A stretch of DNA of 62,965 nt, the filler included, from Octopus bimaculoides (lineage: Eukaryota): the NCBI RefSeq assembly GCF_001194135.2. It is 4 parts of 4 records of this genome, joined end to end, with 100 filler letters (N's around TTAATTAATTAA, not from the genome) between each part and the next. Parts side by side here need not be neighbours in the genome. Positions count along the whole stretch, not along the records: positions 1 to 29,921 come from NC_068981.1; positions 30,022 to 58,432 come from NC_068989.1; positions 58,533 to 60,740 come from NW_026323196.1; positions 60,841 to 62,965 come from NC_069007.1. One strand, written 5' to 3'. Below are positions 28,449-62,965 of the stretch, piece after piece (positions within the stretch are counted from its first letter, which is position 1; the number at the start of each line of letters is the position of its first letter). Made by a program: the position numbers and the translations under genes. The notes beneath the pieces are model-generated. The model ran no database searches and was not told the origin of the DNA. It saw nothing but the letters and a program-made list of their open reading frames with translations.

Positions 28449-28708
28449 TACACATATATACACACATATATATACATATATACAAGATAAAATTACATCT
28501 AAAAGAAGATGCCTCTTATTGATCAAATTGAATTCACACTCACATGCTTGTGTGCATGTGTGTGTGCTTGTTTGTGTCGGTAAGAGAAAAAGACAATGTG
28601 AGAGAATAGAGAAAAGAGAAGCTGTTAAGTAAAAGAAGTGTGAGCACTTTTTCACTAAGAGTACAATCACCATTAGTATTACCAAAATACCACCATTGCA
28701 TAGTAGTG

Positions 28709-28768
<60 letters not shown>

Positions 28769-29142
28769 ATGGTAGCTGTAGTAGTGTTAGATGCAAGTTT
28801 ATTATTACTATTACTTCTGCAGTGACCACAAGATGTTTATGCAAATGTAGTATCATGTATGCTACAAAAAAGGAAAATTACATGCTTAACTCTTTAGTAT
28901 TTAAACCAGCTCTACTTGGCTCAAATGTTCTACCTGTTTTATGTTCAAACTGGTCAGGTCCAACCTCTCACACCAATCCTTGCTTGAAAACATGTCTGGT
29001 TAATGAAGAAAATTTTTACCTTACTTGGAAACAGGTAAGGATTAGTGATGGGAAGGGCACCCAGCTGTAGAAAATCCCCTTTAACAAACTGGAAATGTGA
29101 ATGTTAAAATGATGATGATGATGTGATATATACACATATATA

Positions 29143-29548
29143 TAGTATTGATAATGATAAGGAGAACAGAGCTTTTTCACATCCATAATTTTATTAAACA
29201 GTTATTTATAACATCCTTTTCTGGACCTGTGTGCATTTCAGCTGCATCGACTGAACACTGTTAGATATGCAACTTGGTGTCATGGTTGGTGCAGTTTCAT
29301 CAGGGTCCTTATTTACTGCCATTTTGAATTAGCATCCAGTTTGCAGATTCCTTCAGTTTCATTTCAGAATGACAGTAAATAAGGACTCTGATGAAGCTGC
29401 ACTGACCATGACACCAAGGTGCATATCTAACAGTGTGCAGTCGATGTAGTTGAAATGCACATAGGCCCAGAAAAAGATGTTATAAATAGCTGCTTAATAA
29501 AATTATGGATGCGAAAAATCTCTGCTCTCCTTATTGTTATTAATACTA
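29143..29548. mobile_element. ~400-bp fold-back element/MITE (~185-bp inverted arms, ~35-nt loop)
   Basis: Left arm TAGTATTGATAATGATAAGGAGAACAGAG...TTATTTACTGCCATTTTGAA is the reverse complement of the right arm; a related single arm lies near 25105-25190. Confidence 0.85.
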
Positions 29549-29921
29549 TTACTTACTCTACAGAAACTATGCAGTCATGAATAGGACACTCAAATTTACC
29601 AAGCGAGAATAGTTACCAGAGCCTAGCAACTTATTGTTAATTTGGGTATCACTAAAGGACCGTTGTGGTTAACCAGCATATGAAACCAAATTAAGAAGAA
29701 ACATGGTAACCACCATGATTATATATCCTTTTAACTCATATATATATATATATGAATAATAATAATAAATGGAGCAAAATGCATATAAACAATAAGTTCC
29801 TTTAATTCCTACATATGTTTCAAAATATATGTGCACTCTACTCCAAAGAAGTAAGAGGTGCTGGAATTGCACATATATTCATCGTCGGGGAACCAACAAA
29901 CAAGAGCAAGACTTATGCTAA

Positions 29922-30021
29922 NNNNNNNNNNNNNNNNNNNNNNNNNNNNNNNNNNNNNNNNNNNNTTAATTAATTAANNNNNNNNNNNNNNNNNNNNNNN
30001 NNNNNNNNNNNNNNNNNNNNN
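29922..30021. other. Artificial scaffold join: 44 N + TTAATTAATTAA + 44 N
   Basis: Exactly 100 nt; a palindromic 12-mer with TAA in all six frames; identical to the other two joins. Confidence 0.9.
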
Positions 30022-30350
30022 TTTTTGCTCTCTTTCAGAATAGAGTGAAGTTTTTTCGGTCTTTCATGTTTTTCAACAAGTTTCAGCATCCAATCGTTGG
30101 TTGTTTCAAGGTATTTGACCAGTCCGATTGTGGTGGTTTTGTACATAAGTTCAAGCTCGATCAAGCCTCGACCTCCCTGAGCTCTGGGAAGGTAAAGACA
30201 ATCCACGTCTGCCTTTGGATGGTGCATCTTATTACAAGTCAGTAGCTTGCGGATTTTTCTATCAATTTTGACTATTTCACTGGTATTCCAGTTAAGCACA
30301 TTGAAGCTATAAAGAACAACTGGGACTGCTAAGGAATTTATGGCTAACAC
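30022..30350 (-). mobile_element. Non-LTR retrotransposon post-RT fragment (R4/Dong-like)
   Basis: AINSLAVPVVLYSF...KIDRKIRKLL...MHHPKADVDCLYLPRAQGGRGL motif. Confidence 0.75.
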
Positions 30351-30774
30351 CTTATTATATGCATTCAGCTCAGACTTCAGAACTGCTCAAACTCTTCTAT
30401 AACATTCCTTCCTAACCTTCTCTTTCATGCTTGCATGCTGAATACAATGCAGCGAGCTGGCAGAATTATTAGCATGCTGGGCAAAATGCTTAGTGGCATT
30501 TCATCGATCTTACATTCTGAGTTCAAATTCCACCACAGTCAACTTTGCCTTTCATCCTTTCAGGGTCAATAAAATAAGTACTATTTGAGTACTGGGGTCA
30601 ATAAAATAAGTATTAGATGAGTACTGGAGTCAAATTAATCGATTTATTCCCTCCCCTGAAGTTTCAAGGCTTGTGCCTATAGAAGAAAGGATTATTGTTG
30701 TTGTTGTTATAAAACATTCTCAATTTTATTCTTCCTTGTCCCCCAATGTAATTTTATCATTGCATTTCTTGTAG

Positions 30775-55268
<24,494 letters not shown>

Positions 55269-57618
55269 TTTCAGTATCAAACCAGTGTAATTGTCTTATG
55301 TTATGGGTTTTTTTTTTCAACTAATATTAATTCATGCACTTGGTAATTATAAATTTTTATTCTCATAGCAATGATGATGATGATGAGTTCTTTATTCTTT
55401 TAGTGGTTTCAGTCAATTGACTGTTGCCGTGCTAGAGTGATGTTTATGATCCTGATATTGATTACTTATATAAACATGAGACCTCAGGCAAATACAGTTA
55501 GAACCACTGTTAAGATATTATAATGTAATGTATGCAGTAAGGTAACTCTTCATGAAGGTAAATACACAATTAGAAGAGCATGACATAAAACACAGGTTGG
55601 TCTTGTTTATTACAACTGTACATCTGTCTTCAGGTTCAAAATAAGACAAATAATAACTATAATAAGAGCTTTAGGAACAGTGGCATGAAGTTTAAACAGT
55701 TGGTTGAAGATTTTAGAATTGAGGCCAATTTCCAATAGAAGTCCTGTTTGCTCAGTACAACAACCAACTATAAGAACGGTGCTAGATACCTAAAGATGCA
55801 GGATGTAACTTGACATCTTGCAATTCAATACTAACAGTAACAATGAAAATGCTGAGTAAACAAAATGAATAATAATAATAATAATCCCATGGTGCAATAC
55901 CAAGCAGTGCTCTCATGGCTTCTGATCTTAACTGATTGGGAGTGTTATCAAGTACATGTTTTGTTATGGTGTAAAAGCAAATTTTCTGCTCAGTACCACA
56001 GATTTCACCAGTTGAGCATGTCCCTTAATGGCTGATTATATTTGCATCTCTGATCACAAGCAAGAGTAGTTGGGGAGCATCATAGCAATGTGTTGAGAGG
56101 GTTTCTTAGGGTTTTGAATAATTCACCCCTGAGAACATGGGTATTTTGTTCATCATCTTTAAACAATCCTTATTCAGGAACCATTTGAGTGGAATGGGCT
56201 ACTCAACCTGAAGAAAATTCTAACTGGGCCCCACCTATAAAATCATGTGCTATTTATCTTGATATGAGATCACCATGTTGTGCATATTTGGTTCTGATGC
56301 ATGTGCCTGGTGTACCTTGTCAGACAGGTAGTCACAATGGGTATAATGGGTTTCATATAGTTGTATCCCAGTGTCACATTGATGGCATGTGCTGCTCCCT
56401 CACTCTATAACAATAATGCCAACAGAAAAGACATGGTACAGATATACCCCGAAAAAAGGCTTCTGAAAATTACAAAGCAGCCATACTCTGGTGTAAATAA
56501 ACAGACTCATATAGTAAGATCAAAGCTAATAGACAAGATATTGTGGTCAGAGACCCCCCCCCGCCTTGAAGAAATATGCCTCTCAGCTGATAGATCAGCC
56601 TTAACAGATGACAATGTTTCTCTAAAAGAAATTGAGAAATTATCAAAATACAGCAATCTGTAAATAGAAATAATCTGAATGTCAGGCCTAAAAATGGAAA
56701 CAATCCCTATAATAGATGCTGCAGTTATGATAACAAAAATTAGACAGACAAATACATAACTAAAGCCTCATTTCTTATAAATATATATAACATACAGAAG
56801 ATAGCCAGGACTGCACTCATCTTTTGTAGAGCACTTTCAAAACAGAGGAAATAACAAACCACAGCACATGCCCGAGACACACAGAGCTACACTTAGTAAT
56901 GCAGTAAAAGCATGCAATAAAAATAAGACTACTGAATAATGATAATGATATATCTCTAATACTGGCATATGACTACCTGGAGTTGTTGGGGTGACATGCG
57001 GAAGACAGATGCACAGACAGTTACAGTCTTGGTACTCATTTCATCAACACTGAAAGGATGAATGGTAAAGTTAATAATCCTGATGGGAATTTGTTCTGTT
57101 AGTCTACTGTTTCTGCCACTCAAGACCTAATTACTACTACTACTAATAATAATAATAATAATAAAAATAATAATAATAATGACTCTACTAATACTAATGA
57201 CTTTTGGTAATGATTGACTTGGTTGCATTTTTCTCTCCGATGAATAAATCATTAGACAATCTTGCACACTTGTCTGTGTTACTTTACTCAGCATGTAGTT
57301 TATGGGAAAATATGTCAGTCATTTTATGTGTGTATGTATGTATGCATGTATGTATATATATATATATATATATATATGATGTGTTCTTTCATCATGAACA
57401 ACAAATGAGGATTCAGTAAAATAAAGTGGTGATCGTGTTCTAGAGACACAAATGTGTCTCTTGAAGCCTGTTGGTGCCTTGCAAACCTTTTGGCAAATGG
57501 CTTGTGAATCATTTACTACATGTCTTTTTCTCAAGTGGACAGCAAGGCCTGCTTTGTTTCAAGCCACAAAAACCACAGGTAAGGTTTTCATTTAGAGAAG
57601 TAGCTTTCTGCCAATGTG

Positions 57619-57680
<62 letters not shown>

Positions 57681-58432
57681 TCTCTGAGTGGTTGGCGTTA
57701 GGAAGGGCAACTAGCTGTAGAAACTCTGCCAAATTAGACTGGAGCCTGGTGTTGCCATCCGGGTTCACCAGTCCTCAGTCAAATCGTCCAACCCATGCTA
57801 GCATGGAAAGCGGACGTTAAACGATGATGATGATGATATTATTTATGTCATAAGAATTCAGAAACTTCAACATATTGCAAAATAATGTTTTTAATGCTTG
57901 AACTTGGAGTAGATAAATCTATAAATAACAGAGCATAAATGTTGGGTCAAATAACCCTAAGGCAGCCTTTGATTGTCTCAATCCAAAATACTTTTATAAT
58001 CCACTACTTACATGCTGTTATTTAAAGCTTCATCTACCTAAATGTACCTGTTACAAGCAAATTATATATATACATACACACATCATATTGTGGTTGTGCG
58101 GTAAGAAGTTTGCTTACCAACCACATGGTTCTGGGTTCACTATCACTGCATGGCATCTTGGGCAAGTGTCTTCTACTATAGCCATTAATTGACCAAAACC
58201 TTGTGGGTGGATTTGGTAAATGGAAAACTGAAAGAAGCCCAATATACATATATATATATATATATGTATATAAATATATAGTTTTAGGGAAAAGAACCAA
58301 GTTTCATGAACTCATCGATGAAAATCCACTATCACATATAGAAAAATTAATAATTAAAAGCACAATAAATGAGTATAATATAAATTGATTTTAATTGAGT
58401 TTTTACCTGTAATTTTGGATTTTGTCCCTAAT

Positions 58433-58532
58433 NNNNNNNNNNNNNNNNNNNNNNNNNNNNNNNNNNNNNNNNNNNNTTAATTAATTAANNNNNNNNNNNN
58501 NNNNNNNNNNNNNNNNNNNNNNNNNNNNNNNN
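58433..58532. other. Artificial scaffold join: 44 N + TTAATTAATTAA + 44 N
   Basis: Identical 100-nt spacer. Confidence 0.9.
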
Positions 58533-58598
58533 CTGGACTGGAGGCTCATGGCTGGACTGGAGGCTCATGGCTGGACTGGAGGTTCATGGCTGGACTGG
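58533..58598 (+). repeat. 19-bp tandem repeat (CTGGACTGGAGGCTCATGG), 3.5 copies, at a scaffold edge
   Basis: Read directly from the sequence. Confidence 0.85.
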
Positions 58599-58861
58599 GC
58601 GATGTATTGTGTTCTTGAGTAAAACACTTCATTTCACGTTGCATTTCACAACAACAAAAAACAACAACATGAGGACGTGATATAGATTGTGTTACTAGAC
58701 GCTTGGGACACACACACACATAAGGATAGGCATACTAAAAGGGGTCTATGGAAAAACTCATTTAATAAAAGGGTTGGGAACTGCTGTTGGGATCCACTGG
58801 TCTACACACGTTCAAGGCTACATACACACATATACACACATCTAACAAGCATACACTTAAT

Positions 58862-59175
58862 TTGTTGTTGGCACTCCGTCGCTTACGACGTTGAGGGTTC
58901 CAGTTGATCCGATCAACGGAACAGCCTGCTCGTGAAATTAACGTGCAAGTGGCTGAGTACTCCACAGACACGTGCACCCTTAACGTAGTTCTCGGGGGAT
59001 ATTCAGCGTGACACAGAGTGTGACAAGGCTGACCCCTTTGAATTACAGGCACAACAGAAAACAGGAAGTAAGAGTGAGAGAAAGCTGTGGTGAAAGAGTA
59101 CAGCAGGGTTCCACCACCATCCCCTACCGGAGCCTCGTGGAGCTTTAGCCGTTTTCACTCAACAAACACTCACAA
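58862..59175 (-). mobile_element. SINE family A copy, head lost in gap
   Basis: Near-identical to the other family A copies. Confidence 0.85.
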
Positions 59176-60177
59176 NNNNNNNNNNNNNNNNNNNNNNNNN
59201 NNNNNNNNNNNNNNNNNNNNNNNNNNNNNNNNNNNNNNNNNNNNNNNNNNNNNNNNNNNNNNNNNNNNNNNNNNNNNNNNNNNNNNNNNNNNNNNNNNNN
59301 NNNNNNNNNNNNNNNNNNNNNNNNNNNNNNNNNNNNNNNNNNNNNNNNNNNNNNNNNNNNNNNNNNNNNNNNNNNNNNNNNNNNNNNNNNNNNNNNNNNN
59401 NNNNNNNNNNNNNNNNNNNNNNNNNNNNNNNNNNNNNNNNNNNNNNNNNNNNNNNNNNNNNNNNNNNNNNNNNNNNNNNNNNNNNNNNNNNNNNNNNNNN
59501 NNNNNNNNNNNNNNNNNNNNNNNNNNNNNNNNNNNNNNNNNNNNNNNNNNNNNNNNNNNNNNNNNNNNNNNNNNNNNNNNNNNNNNNNNNNNNNNNNNNN
59601 NNNNNNNNNNNNNNNNNNNNNNNNNNNNNNNNNNNNNNNNNNNNNNNNNNNNNNNNNNNNNNNNNNNNNNNNNNNNNNNNNNNNNNNNNNNNNNNNNNNN
59701 NNNNNNNNNNNNNNNNNNNNNNNNNNNNNNNNNNNNNNNNNNNNNNNNNNNNNNNNNNNNNNNNNNNNNNNNNNNNNNNNNNNNNNNNNNNNNNNNNNNN
59801 NNNNNNNNNNNNNNNNNNNNNNNNNNNNNNNNNNNNNNNNNNNNNNNNNNNNNNNNNNNNNNNNNNNNNNNNNNNNNNNNNNNNNNNNNNNNNNNNNNNN
59901 NNNNNNNNNNNNNNNNNNNNNNNNNNNNNNNNNNNNNNNNNNNNNNNNNNNNNNNNNNNNNNNNNNNNNNNNNNNNNNNNNNNNNNNNNNNNNNNNNNNN
60001 NNNNNNNNNNNNNNNNNNNNNNNNNNNNNNNNNNNNNNNNNNNNNNNNNNNNNNNNNNNNNNNNNNNNNNNNNNNNNNNNNNNNNNNNNNNNNNNNNNNN
60101 NNNNNNNNNNNNNNNNNNNNNNNNNNNNNNNNNNNNNNNNNNNNNNNNNNNNNNNNNNNNNNNNNTGTATGTATGTA

Positions 60178-60246
<69 letters not shown>

Positions 60247-60704
60247 TTGTGTATATGTTTGTGTGTCTGTGTTTGTCCCCCCAACATCGCTTGACAACCG
60301 ATGCTGGTGTGTTTACGTCCGCATAACTTAGCGGTTCGGCAAAAGAGACCGATAGAATAAGTACAAAGCTTACAAAAGAATAAGTCCTGGGGGTCGATTT
60401 GCTCGACTAAAAAGGGCGGTGCTCCAGCATGGCCGCAGTCAAATGACCGAAACAAGTAAAAGAGTAGAAGAGTAAATATAAACAAGGTAAATAAATCGTT
60501 TACTTGTAATCCTGGTCTTTTTGGAGATCCAGGCCCAGCAAGGTGGTGAGTAGCTCCACTGTGGATGCGGTGTCGCTGAACAAGTTCATCAGCGGGAGGG
60601 TCAGTCCAATAATGGTCAGTTGTTTTCATCTTGGTGTAATCCAAGGCACAAGGCCCCACTAAACACATTGACAAATTAAAAAACAAAAACAGCAAAAAAT
60701 TAAC

Positions 60705-60740
<36 letters not shown>

Positions 60741-60840
60741 NNNNNNNNNNNNNNNNNNNNNNNNNNNNNNNNNNNNNNNNNNNNTTAATTAATTAANNNN
60801 NNNNNNNNNNNNNNNNNNNNNNNNNNNNNNNNNNNNNNNN
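60741..60840. other. Artificial scaffold join: 44 N + TTAATTAATTAA + 44 N
   Basis: Identical 100-nt spacer. Confidence 0.9.
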
Positions 60841-61225
60841 ATATATATATATATATATACCTTCTCAACTTAGATTTATCCAACCTACAATTATTCCCAT
60901 TTACTACCACAAAAATAAGGAAATTAAAAATTAAATAAATAAATAAATTGATTTTCGGATGTTGGGCAGCTGTGTGTATGATAACTCTGGCAACATCTGG
61001 CAATGCAAGCATCTCTTAGACCCAGGTATGCAATGCCTGTCACAGTCTCTGCCTTAGTCGCTTTCAAGCATTAGCTGTGTTTGAATGAAAAATATAAATC
61101 CGACATGCCACCAGATCAACTTACAACCTGTCAGCTGGAACGGAATTCGGTCGTAAGTCAAGGAGAAGGTGTGTGTGTGTCTGTGTGTGTGTGTGTGTGT
61201 GCGTGTGTGTGTGTGGGTATATGTA

Positions 61226-62390
61226 CACTGAACCTCAAAAGATACGCGAAACGTGTGTGACTGTGAAATATGTTTTAACTTCATTATGTCAGAGATAAAT
61301 TTTGATAAATCTGATAAAGTTAATTTCTTGGATGTGCTTTGACAACCGTCTATGAGTCGTCATTTGTTTGGGTAGTGGGTGGATCCAGCACATCGAGATT
61401 GTAGGATGTGACATGTTCAATACCGTATACCGTATACCCTGGGTGGGCATACGCCCACCCAGGGTGTTCAAAATGGCTATACACCGTTGGTACATGGAGT
61501 GCATGAGGCAGTTCACAAAAGCCATTGGCACCTGTGACCACACCCTGAGGAAACTGTCCTCAGTTCCATACGAATTGTTGGCCTTGGGACCACCTGGTAC
61601 AGCTGTCTCTGGATTTCATCCCACAGGTGTTCAATTGGGTTCAAATCCGGGTGGAGAGCTGGCAGCAACATGGTTCTGATGTTGTGCTGATGCAGAAAGT
61701 CCATGGTGATTCTGGCCTTTTGGGAGCAATCATTGTCCTGCTGGAACATGTGGCATGATCTGGTCAATGTAGTGCTGCACTGTAATGCCACTCCCTCTGT
61801 CTTCACCAGCATTTTGGAACACATGGGGCCCAATTCTCTGATCCAGGCCTACAACATCCCAAACCATGATGCTTTGGCCACCCACGCATCTCTTTCCATA
61901 ACATATGTGTCCCTGTAGCATTCACATCTCCTACGCTACACCCTCACTCTGCCATCCAAAGTGGAAACGCAATACCGGCATTTGTCAGAGAAGACAACCT
62001 CCATTGTTGATGTCACCAATGTCAGTGCTGTGTATCTCAATGTAGTCATACCTGATGGTGGTGGGTGGTGAGGAGAGGCCCTTGAGGACAGGTTGTTGGT
62101 GGCCTGTCTGCGTCGTCACTGATGGGTTGCTGTCCAGTGCCAATGGTCTCGCGAGCTGTCACACTGGCTGGTCTGAAGTGATCACAGAGGTCCTGCCTGG
62201 GCGTGGATTTCTCTGCGGGCATTGTCTGCAGTGCTGTCGGTATTGTATTGCTATTGCCGGCAATATCTGTTGCTGACATGGACATTGTAAGCTTTCACAA
62301 CAATCAGGGCATGCTGCTCTGCTTGCAATTGGCCGATAACTTGTTATCTTTGTGCTGCTGACAATTGGGTCATACTTAATTCATCCAAAT
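61226..62390 (-). mobile_element. Decayed Tc1 (DD34E) transposon, one end missing
   Basis: TA|CACTGAAC terminus at 61224-61233. Minus-strand peptides GGQSIMVW and FQQDND...HPDLNPIEHLWD (34 residues from D to E), with frameshifts. Confidence 0.8.
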
Positions 62391-62391
62391 T

Positions 62392-62423
<32 letters not shown>

Positions 62424-62429
62424 ACATCT

Positions 62430-62965
62430 GACCTTGATGTCAGCAATGCCATGGAACTCATTGTCAGAAGGAAGATGATAACATTCCTAGAAGAAAATAG
62501 CTTTCTCACTAATATGCAGCATCATTTCCCTTTAATAAGGAGATCCCTTACATACTTATTCGTATATTAAAAATGAATAATCAAACAACAGGTCAACTGT
62601 TCAAATATGGACGTGATGTATCTCAACTTTGCCAAGGCCCTGAAAAAAGTCGATCATGGAATGATATCGTCACAAATTGTATGACCCTTGTATCACGGGG
62701 AAACTAGGGACATGGCTGCATTACAGAAAGTCACTACCAAGGGTTTCCCCTCTCAAAAGACATCGATAATAAGTGGGATCAGCCAGGGAACTGTATAGGG
62801 ATCACTGCTGTTCATAAAGGTTCTCCCACCCATGCCCTCAGTCAGACGGTCTCATCACCTATGCTGATGATGTCTGAGTATTACACGGTCTCAAGGACTT
62901 ACAGAAAGATATGAACACAAGATACAAATTGTCTGAAGAAAGCAACATAAAGTTTAATGCTGATA
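62430..62965 (+). mobile_element. CR1-like LINE reverse transcriptase fragment, degenerate, running to the window end
   Basis: MELIVRRKMITFLEEN, YLNFAKALKKVDHG, QGTVxGSLLF and TAT GCT GAT GAT (YADD) near 62860. Confidence 0.8.

Noticed and set aside
56361-56663. 100-aa ORF downstream of the FN3-gene stop
   Set aside because: No splice support or recognisable domain; it lies among repeat-like sequence and is probably a retroelement remnant.
57440-57578. Strong donor CAG|gtaagg and an ARM-like peptide (SLEACWCLANL) on the + strand
   Set aside because: There is an in-frame stop. The minus strand reads CQKVCKAPTGFKRH, which better fits a decayed LINE C-terminal zinc finger.

Overview
AT-rich, microsatellite-dense animal genomic DNA from a gapped draft assembly. 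The SINE/LINE/mariner landscape resembles octopus/cephalopod DNA, which is inference only. Three identical 100-nt artificial joins (44 N + TTAATTAATTAA + 44 N) split the window into four pieces. Two spliced protein-coding units are supported, both on the + strand. (1) One isolated internal exon (14653-14875) matches mitochondrial phosphatidylglycerophosphate synthase PGS1; no other PGS1 exon is visible. (2) The last eight exons (30775-55268; 3981 nt, 1326 aa + stop, all splice phases compatible) encode a large uncharacterised protein built from FN3-like beta-sandwich repeats; its 5' part is missing. The rest is repeats: decayed mariner, Tc1 (DD34E) and maT (DD37D) transposons, RTE-, CR1- and R4-like LINE fragments, several tRNA-derived SINE families, fold-back/MITE hairpins, a 35-bp minisatellite and many microsatellites. 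The most unusual elements are a TA-flanked palindromic MITE carrying a tRNA-Thr(CGT)-like cassette in its loop (32299-32560), several hammerhead-ribozyme-like motifs (best at 46236-46304) and long dsRNA-forming inverted repeats. Most ORFs in the supplied track are microsatellite or N-gap artefacts. Repeat boundaries are approximate unless a terminus is quoted.
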